The notes: generated by a model not told the origin, from the letters alone. A stretch of DNA of 64,000 bases from Pyrinomonadaceae bacterium (GCA_041745765.1 JBGTIH010000062.1:595-64594), one strand, 5' to 3'; shown: positions 39,318-48,303, counted from the first letter of the stretch. A program made the numbers and translations.

Positions 39318-40235
39318 CTAACCCAGACCTTGTTTTTTTACTTCTGTATTAAAAGTATCCGCCGCATTTCCGGTAACTTGTTGTACCTTTTCAACGACAT
39401 CCTTTTTTACTGAATTTACTGTTTCTCCCGCGACATTTTTAACATCTTGAATTGTTTCTTTAGCGGCGTGCTGCGCTTTTGAAATCAGATTTTGACGTGT
39501 TTCTCCGAGCATTTCATTTTCGTAACCGGTCGAAGGAATCGCCAGACCGACGAGTGCGCCCGCTGCCAGCGCAACTGCTCCGACTGCCAGAGGGTTTTCC
39601 TCGATGTAATAATCATAACTGTCGCGCACCTGTATGCCGAGATTTTCAACCTTTTCCGCGGTGTTTCCGGCAAAGTCGCCGACGGTTTCATAAACGGTAT
39701 TTGCCGCTCCTTCCGCACTTTGATAAAGCGAACTTCCCACGCTTTCGATTTTTTCCTGCGCATTTTTTAATGTTGACGAATCATTTGACAAATTACCGGA
39801 ATTTGTCGCACCGGATAAATTTCGCCGCTCGTTTCCATTATGATTTGATTTTCGTCCATTCTTGCTCTTGAAAATCAAAAGCCCCGCGCCAAACGCGATT
39901 AAGAATAACGGCAGCGGATTTGCGACCGCCTTTTCTAAAATTCCGGATCGTTGTATTTCCTTATTTACATTTTGCATAAATTTTCCCGCCTTGCCTATTG
40001 TGGCACTATAAACATTGTCCTTCGCCGCTTCGAAAAGTTCCGAAGCCTTTTCCGAAATCTGCTCGGAAACCTGTTCGGAGATATTTTCCAAACTTAATTT
40101 TTCCTCGATTGCTTGAATCGTTTCGCCCATTTCCTGACGGGTTTCTTCGATTCGTTCGCGGATTTGATCGGTTTCATCGCCGCCTTCTTTCCCTATTTCT
40201 TCGACGTCTTTCGTTAAATCTGTTCTTTCACCCAT
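39318..40235 (-). CDS. DUF3618-like membrane-associated protein
   Basis: N-terminal ...IRERIEETRQEMGETIQAIEEKLS... helix, a central TM segment (PLPLFLIAFGAGLLIF), and helical repeats. Confidence 0.55.
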   Translation of the reverse strand: MGERTDLTKDVEEIGKEGGDETDQIRERIEETRQEMGETIQAIEEKLSLENISEQVSEQISEKASELFEAAKDNVYSATIGKAGKFMQNVNKEIQRSGILEKAVANPLPLFLIAFGAGLLIFKSKNGRKSNHNGNERRNLSGATNSGNLSNDSSTLKNAQEKIESVGSSLYQSAEGAANTVYETVGDFAGNTAEKVENLGIQVRDSYDYYIEENPLAVGAVALAAGALVGLAIPSTGYENEMLGETRQNLISKAQHAAKETIQDVKNVAGETVNSVKKDVVEKVQQVTGNAADTFNTEVKKQGLG

Positions 40236-40612
40236 TTGACATCCTCCTTCAATGATTCGACCGATTCCTTCGGCTTTAAATCCATACTTTTTAAATTATT
40301 CAGCCCTTTGGAGATTAAAACCGCCGCCGCAATTCCAATTATCAGAGCGACAATCAACGCCGCCAGCCAGAACTGCATAAAATTAGCCAGTCCGGCAATT
40401 ATCGCCGCGATAAGTGCAAGAAACGCCGCATTGGCGACCGTCCCGCCGATCACTAAAAAACCGACATTTTTGCCGATTTTCTCTACCTTCTGCGTTAGCT
40501 CGACCTGCACCAGCGCGACTTCCTGCTTAAGCAAGGTTGTGGTTTCACCAGCAAGTTCGGAAAATAATTCGCCGATTGAACGATCATCTTTCACAATTTG
40601 TTGTTGTGCCAT
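40214..40612 (-). CDS. Holin-X / phage-holin-family (DUF1469-like) membrane protein
   Basis: 132 aa. N-terminal amphipathic ...SIGELFSELAGETTTLLKQEVALVQVEL... followed by two TM helices. Confidence 0.6.
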   Translation of the reverse strand: MAQQQIVKDDRSIGELFSELAGETTTLLKQEVALVQVELTQKVEKIGKNVGFLVIGGTVANAAFLALIAAIIAGLANFMQFWLAALIVALIIGIAAAVLISKGLNNLKSMDLKPKESVESLKEDVKWVKEQI

Positions 40613-40627
40613 TTAAGAAAACCTCCC

Positions 40628-41131
40628 TTATTTTCCCGTTGAGCGGCTTTTCGAAGTTTGATTTGGCGAGGAAGACTTTAAAAATCTTGCCGCCATAACT
40701 CCGACCAGAAAAGCTCCGCCGACAAATAGTGCGGGCTGCCGCCGCGCAAAACTTTTCGCGTCGCGGGTTATATCTTTGAGCGTCGCCTGCTCGATATAGC
40801 CTGAAAGACCTTCGATTTTATCGGCTAAACTCTCGCCGTATTGAGCTGTCGTCAGCGCGATCTTGTTTTTATCATCCGAATCACGCAGATTTTCACCGAC
40901 TTGTCGGATGCTGTTGGCAACATTACTTAATCCTGTTGTCAGAGTTGCTTTCTGTTCATCTAAGAGACCCGATGCTTTTTCTTTTACTTGCCCGACCGCG
41001 TTGTTGGCGGTTTCTTTAATAGATTGGTCGCTTTTTTGATTATTAACCGTTGATTGCTGACGGTTTATTGTTTCGTTGTTTTGTGAATTGTCTGCTTGTC
41101 GGGCAGTTCCGGTATTTTGTTTGGTTTCCAT
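40628..41131 (-). CDS. C-terminally membrane-anchored, Q/N/T-rich hypothetical protein
   Basis: The ATG at 41131 is preceded by a strong SD (AAGGGAGAAATT). C-terminal TM segment PALFVGGAFLVGVMAARFL. Confidence 0.55.
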   Translation of the reverse strand: METKQNTGTARQADNSQNNETINRQQSTVNNQKSDQSIKETANNAVGQVKEKASGLLDEQKATLTTGLSNVANSIRQVGENLRDSDDKNKIALTTAQYGESLADKIEGLSGYIEQATLKDITRDAKSFARRQPALFVGGAFLVGVMAARFLKSSSPNQTSKSRSTGK

Positions 41132-41703
41132 AATTTCTCCCTTTGTTCGTAATTTGTTCAAGATTTCCATTACAATACATTCGAGCTTTTCATACTGTGT
41201 GCTGTCATACATAAGAAAGTTTTTTTTGATAAAACTTAACCTTTCTTTAAATTCCTTTGCAGCATAAATCCAACTAAAATAAACAGTCAGAGCTTATGTT
41301 TAATAAAATAACAAGTCCTGAATCTTTATTTTAAGATTTCTCGTTTTGTTTACTATTTTACAGATTAATCGGAAAAGTTTCCGGCAGCTGATCTATTTGA
41401 CAAGGAAATTAAAGTCATAAATACAAAAAAATTTATTTACTTACGATAAGTTCAGCGCAGTTTGAATAAAGAAATGTACTCAAATGATTTAAGAATTTCG
41501 TTTTAACAATTTCGGAATGACTAATTTCAAAATCTTAAAAAGGCTTTTATCGAATATGATTTCCCAAAAACGTATCGGAACAATACGGCTTGAATGTGTG
41601 TTCCAGCTACAAAATTATTTAACATCCTTATTTTTCAGTAGTAGCGGGATTTTATTTTTTTCGGCACGTCTATTGCGGTAATAGTTTACAAGAGGAAAAA
41701 AGA

Positions 41704-41913
41704 ATGGCACAAGAAACATCAAATGAAGAAAGAGCTGCGGAAAAATCTTTTAATGAATCACCGAAAACTATAAATAAAGCGACTACGGTAATGGTAATCG
41801 GGGGAATTATATTGTTGATTATTGCTACGGTAATGCTCTTGTCTTTTTGTCGAAATGACACAAACACAGGAAATTCCACTACTCCAGCCGCAACTAACAG
41901 GGCTTCACCGTAA
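41704..41913 (+). CDS. Possible small single-TM protein
   Basis: 69-aa ORF with SD-like AGAGGAAAAAAGA before the ATG and one hydrophobic helix. It lies in an AT-rich, gene-poor stretch. Confidence 0.35.
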   Translation: MAQETSNEERAAEKSFNESPKTINKATTVMVIGGIILLIIATVMLLSFCRNDTNTGNSTTPAATNRASP

Positions 41914-42146
41914 GTTTTTGTAAGAAAAAATACTGATTGTCTGTTTAAGCAAAGAGAGTCTTCATGATTTATGCAAATCTGAATAAATCGGAATTATTAC
42001 AAATCAGTAGATTAAATTAAGTCTGACGGCAAATTATTGCCGTGTCGCGCTCGAAGAATGCTTAGGGGTTTTATTATATTAGATTTTGGCTAATCTCAAA
42101 CTCGAACGATTAATATTCATTCCTACTCTTTAATCAATTTAGATGA

Positions 42147-42261
42147 TTAGGTCTTTGGCTTTCGGTCTTTAATTTTTGCTCTGATATTTAGAGTTTCGTT
42201 TCAAAAATCAGTTGCTTTTTATTAAAATGACTTTTGCAAAGACCAAAAGCTAAAGTTCTAA
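42147..42261. repeat. Long-loop heptamer-word inverted repeat
   Basis: ttaggtctttggctttcggtctttaa ...63 nt... gcaaagaccaaaagctaaagttctaa. Confidence 0.55.
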
Positions 42262-42332
42262 TCAGCTATAAATCAATTTTCGTAATCCAGATCAGGCGAA
42301 AGCTTTTTGACGATTTGATTTAAGAAAAACTC

Positions 42333-42379
42333 AATGCTATTGTTTCATAGATGAAACAATAGCATTAAACAATAGCATT
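42333..42379 (+). promoter_or_regulatory. Perfect 34-bp palindrome plus a third direct half-site, 20 nt upstream of the Rad52-like gene (operator or RNA switch candidate)
   Basis: AATGCTATTGTTTCAT-AG-ATGAAACAATAGCATT followed immediately by AAACAATAGCATT. Confidence 0.55.
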
Positions 42380-42399
42380 AAAAAAGGCAGGAAACTAAC

Positions 42400-42831
42400 A
42401 TGACACCGTCAGCAAACACAGAAGAATTTGAAGAAACCGAAAATTTTGTAGAAGGAAAATACGAACTTCGTTCGATCAGACAGATTACGGCGGATCTGTC
42501 GAAACCCGTTGCTAAAAGACATCTTCGCCTTCGCAAACAAGGCGGCAAGGAAATAAAATATCTCGCGTGGCACGATGCGATTAAATATTTAGACCATTAT
42601 GCGAGCGGTTGGAATTATGAAATCCGTTCGATTGATTCGGTCGGCGGAAAATTGATCTTGACCGTGCGGCTTTCGATTCCGTGCGCCGAAGGCATCGTCT
42701 ACCGCGAAGCGACCGGACAGGAAGACGAAGACAAGGAAACTTACGGCGATTCTTCGAGCAATGCCGAATCAATGGCTCTGCGCCGCGCCGCGAGCAAGTT
42801 CGGTTTGGGTTTGTATCTCTACGATCAATAA
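42400..42831 (+). CDS. Rad52/Rad22-family single-strand annealing protein (DdrA/Sak-like)
   Basis: 143 aa. ...KYLAWHDAIKYLDHYASGWNYEI..., ...REATGQED... and C-terminal ...AESMALRRAASKFGLGLYLYD match the bacterial Rad52-like core pattern. Confidence 0.7.
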   Translation: MTPSANTEEFEETENFVEGKYELRSIRQITADLSKPVAKRHLRLRKQGGKEIKYLAWHDAIKYLDHYASGWNYEIRSIDSVGGKLILTVRLSIPCAEGIVYREATGQEDEDKETYGDSSSNAESMALRRAASKFGLGLYLYDQ

Positions 42832-42968
42832 TTAAAAAATTTATTTCACTCTAAAATATTTTTCAAACATTGCCGATATATTCGATTTTAGTGATAATGG
42901 CGTTGAGCTTTTGCCCTTTTTTGCGAAAAACTACATAATAAAAACTTGTTTTGAGCAATAAAAAGAAT

Positions 42969-43499
42969 ATGAATTTCATCACTAATACGAGGGCTTTGTT
43001 GATCGGTTTATGGCTCGGCGCGGCGTGTTTTTTCAGTTTTGCCGTTGCGCCGAGCGCGTTCGGCATTTTGCCTTCGCGCGAATTGGCGGGCAGCCTCGTT
43101 TCGCGCACGCTGATGATCGTCAATCTCAGCGGAATCGTCATCGGCTTGCTTTTGATTTTAACGACTCTGATCAAACGCCTCGATCTAAAACCTCTCCGGC
43201 TTTGGACGGAAAGATTTTTGCTTTTGATCGTCGTTGCCGCGTGCGCCGTCGGGCAGTTTGTCATCGGCAGTTGGTTGGCGATTGTCCGCACACAGATCGG
43301 CAGACCGATTGACGAAGTTGCGCTCGAAGATCCGCTCCGAATTCAGTTTAACGCGCTGCATCAATATTCGGTTTGGGCTTTGGTGGCGGCGATGATCGCC
43401 GCGCTTGTTGTGTATTTTTTAATTTCGGGAAAAAGCTTTAACAATTCCGCCGAAAAAACTTCAAAAGAAATAGATTTTCAGAATGATTTTGTCAATTAA
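42969..43499 (+). CDS. DUF4149-like membrane protein
   Basis: Four TM helices with N-terminal ...LIGLWLGAACFFSFAVAPSAF... The ATG at 42969 is preferred over the TTG at 42951. Confidence 0.5.
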   Translation: MNFITNTRALLIGLWLGAACFFSFAVAPSAFGILPSRELAGSLVSRTLMIVNLSGIVIGLLLILTTLIKRLDLKPLRLWTERFLLLIVVAACAVGQFVIGSWLAIVRTQIGRPIDEVALEDPLRIQFNALHQYSVWALVAAMIAALVVYFLISGKSFNNSAEKTSKEIDFQNDFVN

Positions 43500-43504
43500 A
43501 AATT

Positions 43505-44296
43505 ATGGAACTGATTGAAAAAGTTAGCGATTTTTCGGGGCGTTATAAAAGCTGGAACGCCAACGAAAATCTAAAGAATTATCCCTTTGTCGAAAATGTT
43601 GACGCGCCGTTCACCCCTTTGCAACGCGCTCTGCCGATGCTCAATCTGGCTTTGATTTCTTCCGCCGGAGCATTTATTGACGGCACGGATTCATTCGATA
43701 CAAATTCGCGCGACGGCGACGCAAGTTTCCGGGAAATTCCCATCGAGGTCGAAGCTGAAGATTTGCTTTATGCCGCTCGCGGTTATGATCCGACCGCCGT
43801 CAAAGAAGACCGCAACACGCAGATTCCGGTTGACCGTCTGCTCGAATACGAAGCCAATGCCGTGATCGGCAGATTAAATCACGTCTGGTGGAGTTTGGCG
43901 GGCTGGATTCCAAATGCGCGGCTTGTCGCCGAAGATACCGCGCCGCGCATTGCCGAACGGCTTACGCGCTACGAAGTTCAAGCCGCACTTTTAATTCCGG
44001 CATCGCGTCTTTGTCATCAAACTCTGGGAATCGTCGCCCGCGCTATCGAACAAACCGGAATTCCGACGATTATGCTTTCGGTTGATCGCCTGTTGACCGA
44101 TAAAGCGCGTCCGCCGCGTGTCGCTTATTACGACGGCGAATTCGGTTCGGTCGCCGGAAAACCCAATTGGAAAGAGCATCAATTCAGAATTTTAGATGAA
44201 TCTCTGCGCTGGATCGAGAGTCTGGATCAGCCGACTTCGCGTAAATTGGTCGTAAAATTGGAAACCGAAACCGAAATGTCGCGCGGCGAGCGGTAA
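43505..44296 (+). CDS. GrdB/PrdB-family (glycine/sarcosine/betaine reductase protein B-like) protein, non-selenocysteine form
   Basis: ...LALISSAGAF...D.SFREIP... and ...ALLIPASRLCHQTLGIVARAIEQTGIPTI... resemble the short GRDB-family proteins of non-clostridial bacteria. Confidence 0.55.
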   Translation: MELIEKVSDFSGRYKSWNANENLKNYPFVENVDAPFTPLQRALPMLNLALISSAGAFIDGTDSFDTNSRDGDASFREIPIEVEAEDLLYAARGYDPTAVKEDRNTQIPVDRLLEYEANAVIGRLNHVWWSLAGWIPNARLVAEDTAPRIAERLTRYEVQAALLIPASRLCHQTLGIVARAIEQTGIPTIMLSVDRLLTDKARPPRVAYYDGEFGSVAGKPNWKEHQFRILDESLRWIESLDQPTSRKLVVKLETETEMSRGER

Positions 44297-44314
44297 AAAA
44301 CGGAAGTGATTTGA

Positions 44315-44589
44315 ATCACAGATTACCACAGATTATTTTGAGAAATTAAAGAACGACAGTTAAGATCAACTATTTATAATAGCGTGAGTATCGGTCAAGA
44401 AATATTAAATCGCAGAAACGCGCCGGAGCGCAGAAAATTATAAATAAGTATCGAACAAATTCAGCATATATTCTGACGGATTAGTTCAATTTTGGGCAAA
44501 TACTACAAAAAAAACTCTGCATCTCAGCGTTTCTATGGTGAAAAATAGTTATCCAATACTCACGTTATAATATCTGTGTTCATCTATGG
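44315..44589. repeat. ~275-bp nested imperfect palindrome (MITE-like or structured-RNA candidate)
   Basis: There are three nested arm pairs. They are cacagattaccacagatt / atctgtgttcatctatgg, tataatagcgtgagtat / atactcacgttataata, and gcagaaacgc / gcgtttct. Confidence 0.5.
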
Positions 44590-44676
44590 ATAATTTATCG
44601 TTCGTCTTATAGCGTGAGAATTTAATTGTCTCGCGCTTTTTGTTTTTTTCACTAATTTCGTGCTTTAATTTTTCAA

Positions 44677-45762
44677 ATGAGAAAGAAAATCGGAATCGGA
44701 ATAATCGGAACGGGATTTGCGCGAAAGGTGCAGATTCCGGCGTTTCAAAATCTTGCAAATGCCGAAATCATTTCAATCGCCAGCCGACAATTAAAAAACG
44801 CTGAAGATGCGGCAAGCGATTTTGACATCGCGCATTTTACGGATGATTGGCGGGAAACCGTTGAACGTGAAGATGTTGAACTGGTTTGCATTACCACACC
44901 GCCCGACACTCATTTTGAAATGGCACTTGCCTCAATCGAACTCGGCAAGCACGTTTTGTGCGAAAAACCGATGGCGTTTGATGTGGCACAAGCGCAAAAA
45001 ATGACCGAAGCGGCGCACAAAAAAAATGTTCTGGCATTAATTGATCACGAACTACGCTTTTTAAACGGCAGACAAAAAGCCTTTAATTTATTGCGCGAAG
45101 ATAAAATCGGCAAAATCTTTCACTGCAAATATTTTTTTAACAACGCAACCCGCGGAAACGCTGATTTGCCCTGGAGTTGGTGGTCAAGCGTGGAAAGCGG
45201 AGGCGGCACTCTGGGCGCAATCGGTTCACATGCGATTGACACTTTGCGATGGTTTCTCGGCGCGGAAATCGCCGAAGTTTTCTGCCATCTGCACACCAAT
45301 ATTAAGCAAAGACCGGATGCGGAAACCGGCGAAAAGCGCGAAGTTACGAGCGACGACGAAGCATTAATGATTTTGAAATTTGCCGAAAGCGATCTGCTCG
45401 AAGAAGCAACGGCAAATGTTTCGCTCTCAATGGTCGAAGCCGGAAATTATCGTAACTGCGTGGAATTTTTCGGGACAAAAGGCGCAATCCGCATTGAAGA
45501 CAACGGCGAAATTTTCTTTACCGATATCAGCGAAAACATCTGGCAAGAAATTAAGGTCGAATTAGGCGAAGTTGTGCCGAAAACACCGCAAAACGGCTGG
45601 TCGCGCGGTTTTGCGGCGTTCTCTCACAAAATCATCAATGCCATTTCGGCAGGAAAAACCGAAATTAAATATGCCGCCACTTTCAAAGATGGTCTGGAAG
45701 TTCAAAAAGTTTTAGATGCCGCGCGGAAATCCGATGAAACAGGCTGTTTGATAAAAATCTAA
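44677..45762 (+). CDS. Gfo/Idh/MocA-family oxidoreductase
   Basis: N-terminal Rossmann IGIGIIGTGFA and EKP motif (VLCEKPMA), 361 aa. Confidence 0.85.
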   Translation: MRKKIGIGIIGTGFARKVQIPAFQNLANAEIISIASRQLKNAEDAASDFDIAHFTDDWRETVEREDVELVCITTPPDTHFEMALASIELGKHVLCEKPMAFDVAQAQKMTEAAHKKNVLALIDHELRFLNGRQKAFNLLREDKIGKIFHCKYFFNNATRGNADLPWSWWSSVESGGGTLGAIGSHAIDTLRWFLGAEIAEVFCHLHTNIKQRPDAETGEKREVTSDDEALMILKFAESDLLEEATANVSLSMVEAGNYRNCVEFFGTKGAIRIEDNGEIFFTDISENIWQEIKVELGEVVPKTPQNGWSRGFAAFSHKIINAISAGKTEIKYAATFKDGLEVQKVLDAARKSDETGCLIKI

Positions 45763-45811
45763 AAATCATTTCAGATTCCAAATTCCAAATCTGAAATCTG
45801 AAATGATTTTT
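45761..45811. terminator. Heptamer-word hairpin acting as a bidirectional terminator
   Basis: aaaaatcatttcagatt-ccaaattccaa-atctgaaatctgaaatgattttt, between convergent genes. Confidence 0.7.
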
Positions 45812-45825
45812 AGATTTAAATTATT

Positions 45826-46251
45826 TTAAGAAGTTATACCGGAAGAAGGCAAAGTCAGAAAAAGCTTGCCGTTTTTGATGCCTTTCAAGCTCAAAAGCCG
45901 GTTGGAAAGTTCGACGATTTCGGACACAATGCCGCGCAGGGCAATGATTTCCATACAATCATCGTGGCTGACGTGAAGGTGCATTACGGACAAAATATTA
46001 TCGTGAAAATCGTGCTGAATCGCGCCCATTTCCTGCGCCAAATTTCGGGCGTGATGGTCATAGACGAGCGTCAAACTGCCGAGTGCATTTATTTCGGTTT
46101 GCGTTTCAATTTTTTGCTGAATTAATGCTTCACGAATCAGATCGCGCAACGCTTCGGAACGCGTCGCATAGCCGCGATCGTTAATTAAACGGTCGTAATT
46201 TTCCAGTAAATCCTGATCTATGCTGACACCAAATCTGACTAATTCACTCAT
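45826..46251 (-). CDS. nikR: Nickel-responsive regulator NikR
   Basis: N-terminal ribbon-helix-helix (LVRFGVSIDQDLLENYDRLI...GYATRSEALRDLIR) and a C-terminal ACT-like domain with His/Cys metal ligands (HDHHA..., HLHVSHDDCME). Confidence 0.85.
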   Translation of the reverse strand: MSELVRFGVSIDQDLLENYDRLINDRGYATRSEALRDLIREALIQQKIETQTEINALGSLTLVYDHHARNLAQEMGAIQHDFHDNILSVMHLHVSHDDCMEIIALRGIVSEIVELSNRLLSLKGIKNGKLFLTLPSSGITS

Positions 46252-46273
46252 TTTGTATTTAATAAAATATCAT

Positions 46274-47239
46274 TCAATCACCCAAAAATTTATCGGGAAT
46301 CAGATAATTCTGCACATAATCGGCGACGGATTCGTGTAAAGACATTATTTTTTTGTCGTAGCCGGTTTCACGAATTCGTGTCAAATCGGCTTGCGTGTGA
46401 TATTGATAACGATCCCTTAAATGTTCGGGCATTTCAACGAATTCGATTGCGGGCGGCAGATCGAGCGCGTTAAAAATCGCTTTAGCAAGTTCGTTCCAGG
46501 TGTGCATTTCGCCCGAGCCGACGTTGAACAAACCGCCGATTTTATTTTCTATAAAATGCAGAGTCATTTCCGTAACGTCTTTCACATAAACAAAATCGCG
46601 GCCGAATTCGCCGTCTTGATAATCGGGATTCGCGCTTTTGAAAAGCTGTAATTTCCCCGTGTCGCGAATCTGCGCAAAGGCTTTGTTGATGAGCGAACGC
46701 ATATCTTCTTTATGGTTTTCATTCGGTCCGAAAACATTGAAATATTTCAGCCCGATGATTTCTTTTAATAATCCGGTGCGATGCGCGTAAAGATCGAAAA
46801 GATGTTTCGAGTAGCCGTAGACATTGAGCGGGCGAAGCTTTTCAAGGTTTTCCGTGCCGTCTTCCATTCCTTGTTCACCGTCGCCGTAAGTCGCCGCGCT
46901 CGATGCGTAAATAAAGCGTTTGCCGTTTGAAACAGACCAATTAGCGAGCGTTTTCGTAAATTCGTAATTATTCCGCATCATAAAATTAGCGTCGCGCTCA
47001 GTCGTCGCCGAACACGCGCCTAGATGCAGAATAATTTCGGCTTTATTATGCTGTTCTAGATTCGCAATAAAATCGTCCGCGTCCAAATAATCCGCAAACT
47101 TTAACGGCGCAAGATTTTTCCATTTGTCCGAAGAATCCAGCCGGTCAACGATCAAAATATCCGTTTCGCCCAATTGATTAAGCCGCCAAACAAGCGCACT
47201 TCCAATAAATCCCGCGCCGCCGGTAACAATAATTTTCAT
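46274..47239 (-). CDS. hldD: ADP-L-glycero-D-manno-heptose 6-epimerase
   Basis: MKIIVTGGAGFIGSA..., ...HLGACS.TTE...MM.NNY... and ...YASSAATYG... track E. coli RfaD closely. Confidence 0.85.
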   Translation of the reverse strand: MKIIVTGGAGFIGSALVWRLNQLGETDILIVDRLDSSDKWKNLAPLKFADYLDADDFIANLEQHNKAEIILHLGACSATTERDANFMMRNNYEFTKTLANWSVSNGKRFIYASSAATYGDGEQGMEDGTENLEKLRPLNVYGYSKHLFDLYAHRTGLLKEIIGLKYFNVFGPNENHKEDMRSLINKAFAQIRDTGKLQLFKSANPDYQDGEFGRDFVYVKDVTEMTLHFIENKIGGLFNVGSGEMHTWNELAKAIFNALDLPPAIEFVEMPEHLRDRYQYHTQADLTRIRETGYDKKIMSLHESVADYVQNYLIPDKFLGD

Positions 47240-47313
47240 AATGGAAAATAGAAAATGAAAAATGGAATTTGTTTCTGATTATAATTTAACACTTATCCGT
47301 TTTCCATTTTTCG
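47240..47313. repeat. Heptamer-word hairpin (AATGGAA/AATAGAA arms)
   Basis: aatggaaaatagaaaatgaaaaatggaa ... tccgttttccatttttcg. Confidence 0.6.
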
Positions 47314-47322
47314 TTAAATAAA

Positions 47323-48303
47323 TTACCAACCGAGAATATAAGCGAACATCAGCGGCGCAACGATTGACGCGTCGGATTCGACGATGAATTTCGGCGTATC
47401 AACCGCCAATTTTCCCCAGGTGATTTTCTCGTTCGGAACCGCGCCTGAATAACTTCCGTAAGAAGTTGTCGAATCAGAAATCTGACAGAAATAACCCCAA
47501 ACGGGAACGCTTTCGCGTTGTAAATCCTGATGCAGCATCGGCACGACGCAGATCGGAAAATCGCCCGCGATGCCGCCGCCGATCTGGAAAAACCCGATGG
47601 TCGAATCGTCAATCGCGTTTTCGGTGTACCAATCGGCGAGCATCATCATATATTCGATTCCGGTTTTGACCGTATGAACATTTTTCACATCGCCCGTGAT
47701 GACGTGTCCGGCATACATATTCCCCATTGTTGAATCTTCCCAACCGGGAACAACCATCGGCAGATTTTTCTCCATCGCCGCATACATCCACGAATCTTTC
47801 AGATCAATCTGGTAATACTCTTCGAGCGCACCCGATTTCAAAACCTGATACATAAATTCGTGCGGAAAATAGCGTTTTCCTTCCGCGTCGGCTTTCGTCC
47901 AAACGTCAACCATCGCTTTTTCAAGCCGCCGCATCGCTTCCATTTCGGGAATGCACGTATCGGTTACGCGGTTCATATGCCGGTCGAGCAAATCCTGTTC
48001 GTCCTGCGGCGTTAAATCTCTATAATCCGGCACTCGTTCGTAAAAATCGTGCGCGACGAGATTAAACAAATCTTCTTCCAGGTTCGCGCCCGTGCAGGAA
48101 ATTACCTGCACTTTGTCTTGCCGGATCATCTCCGCCAAAGACAATCCTAGTTCTGCTGAACTCATTGCACCGGCAAGAGTTATCATCATCTTGCCGCCGT
48201 TTTCTATGTGAGTTTTATAACCTTCCGCCGCGTCAATTAACGCCGCCGAATTGAAATGCCGAAAATGATGTTTGATAAATTCGCTGATTGTTTGATTATT
48301 CAT
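47323..48303 (-). CDS. Deoxyhypusine-synthase-like (homospermidine-synthase-like) protein
   Basis: ...MMITLAGAMSSAELG..., ...ISCTGANLEEDLF... and ...QIGGGIAGDF... The ATG at 48303 is preferred over the TTG at 48327. Confidence 0.7.
   Translation of the reverse strand: MNNQTISEFIKHHFRHFNSAALIDAAEGYKTHIENGGKMMITLAGAMSSAELGLSLAEMIRQDKVQVISCTGANLEEDLFNLVAHDFYERVPDYRDLTPQDEQDLLDRHMNRVTDTCIPEMEAMRRLEKAMVDVWTKADAEGKRYFPHEFMYQVLKSGALEEYYQIDLKDSWMYAAMEKNLPMVVPGWEDSTMGNMYAGHVITGDVKNVHTVKTGIEYMMMLADWYTENAIDDSTIGFFQIGGGIAGDFPICVVPMLHQDLQRESVPVWGYFCQISDSTTSYGSYSGAVPNEKITWGKLAVDTPKFIVESDASIVAPLMFAYILGW

Noticed and set aside
47262-47292. A weak second NikR-like site (TTGTTTC…TAACAC) upstream of hldD-nikR, and GTGTTCA-N11-GTAATAA at 55313-55337.
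   Set aside because: The half-sites match poorly and the spacing deviates. They are embedded in repeat elements and cannot be distinguished from chance without a genome-wide model.
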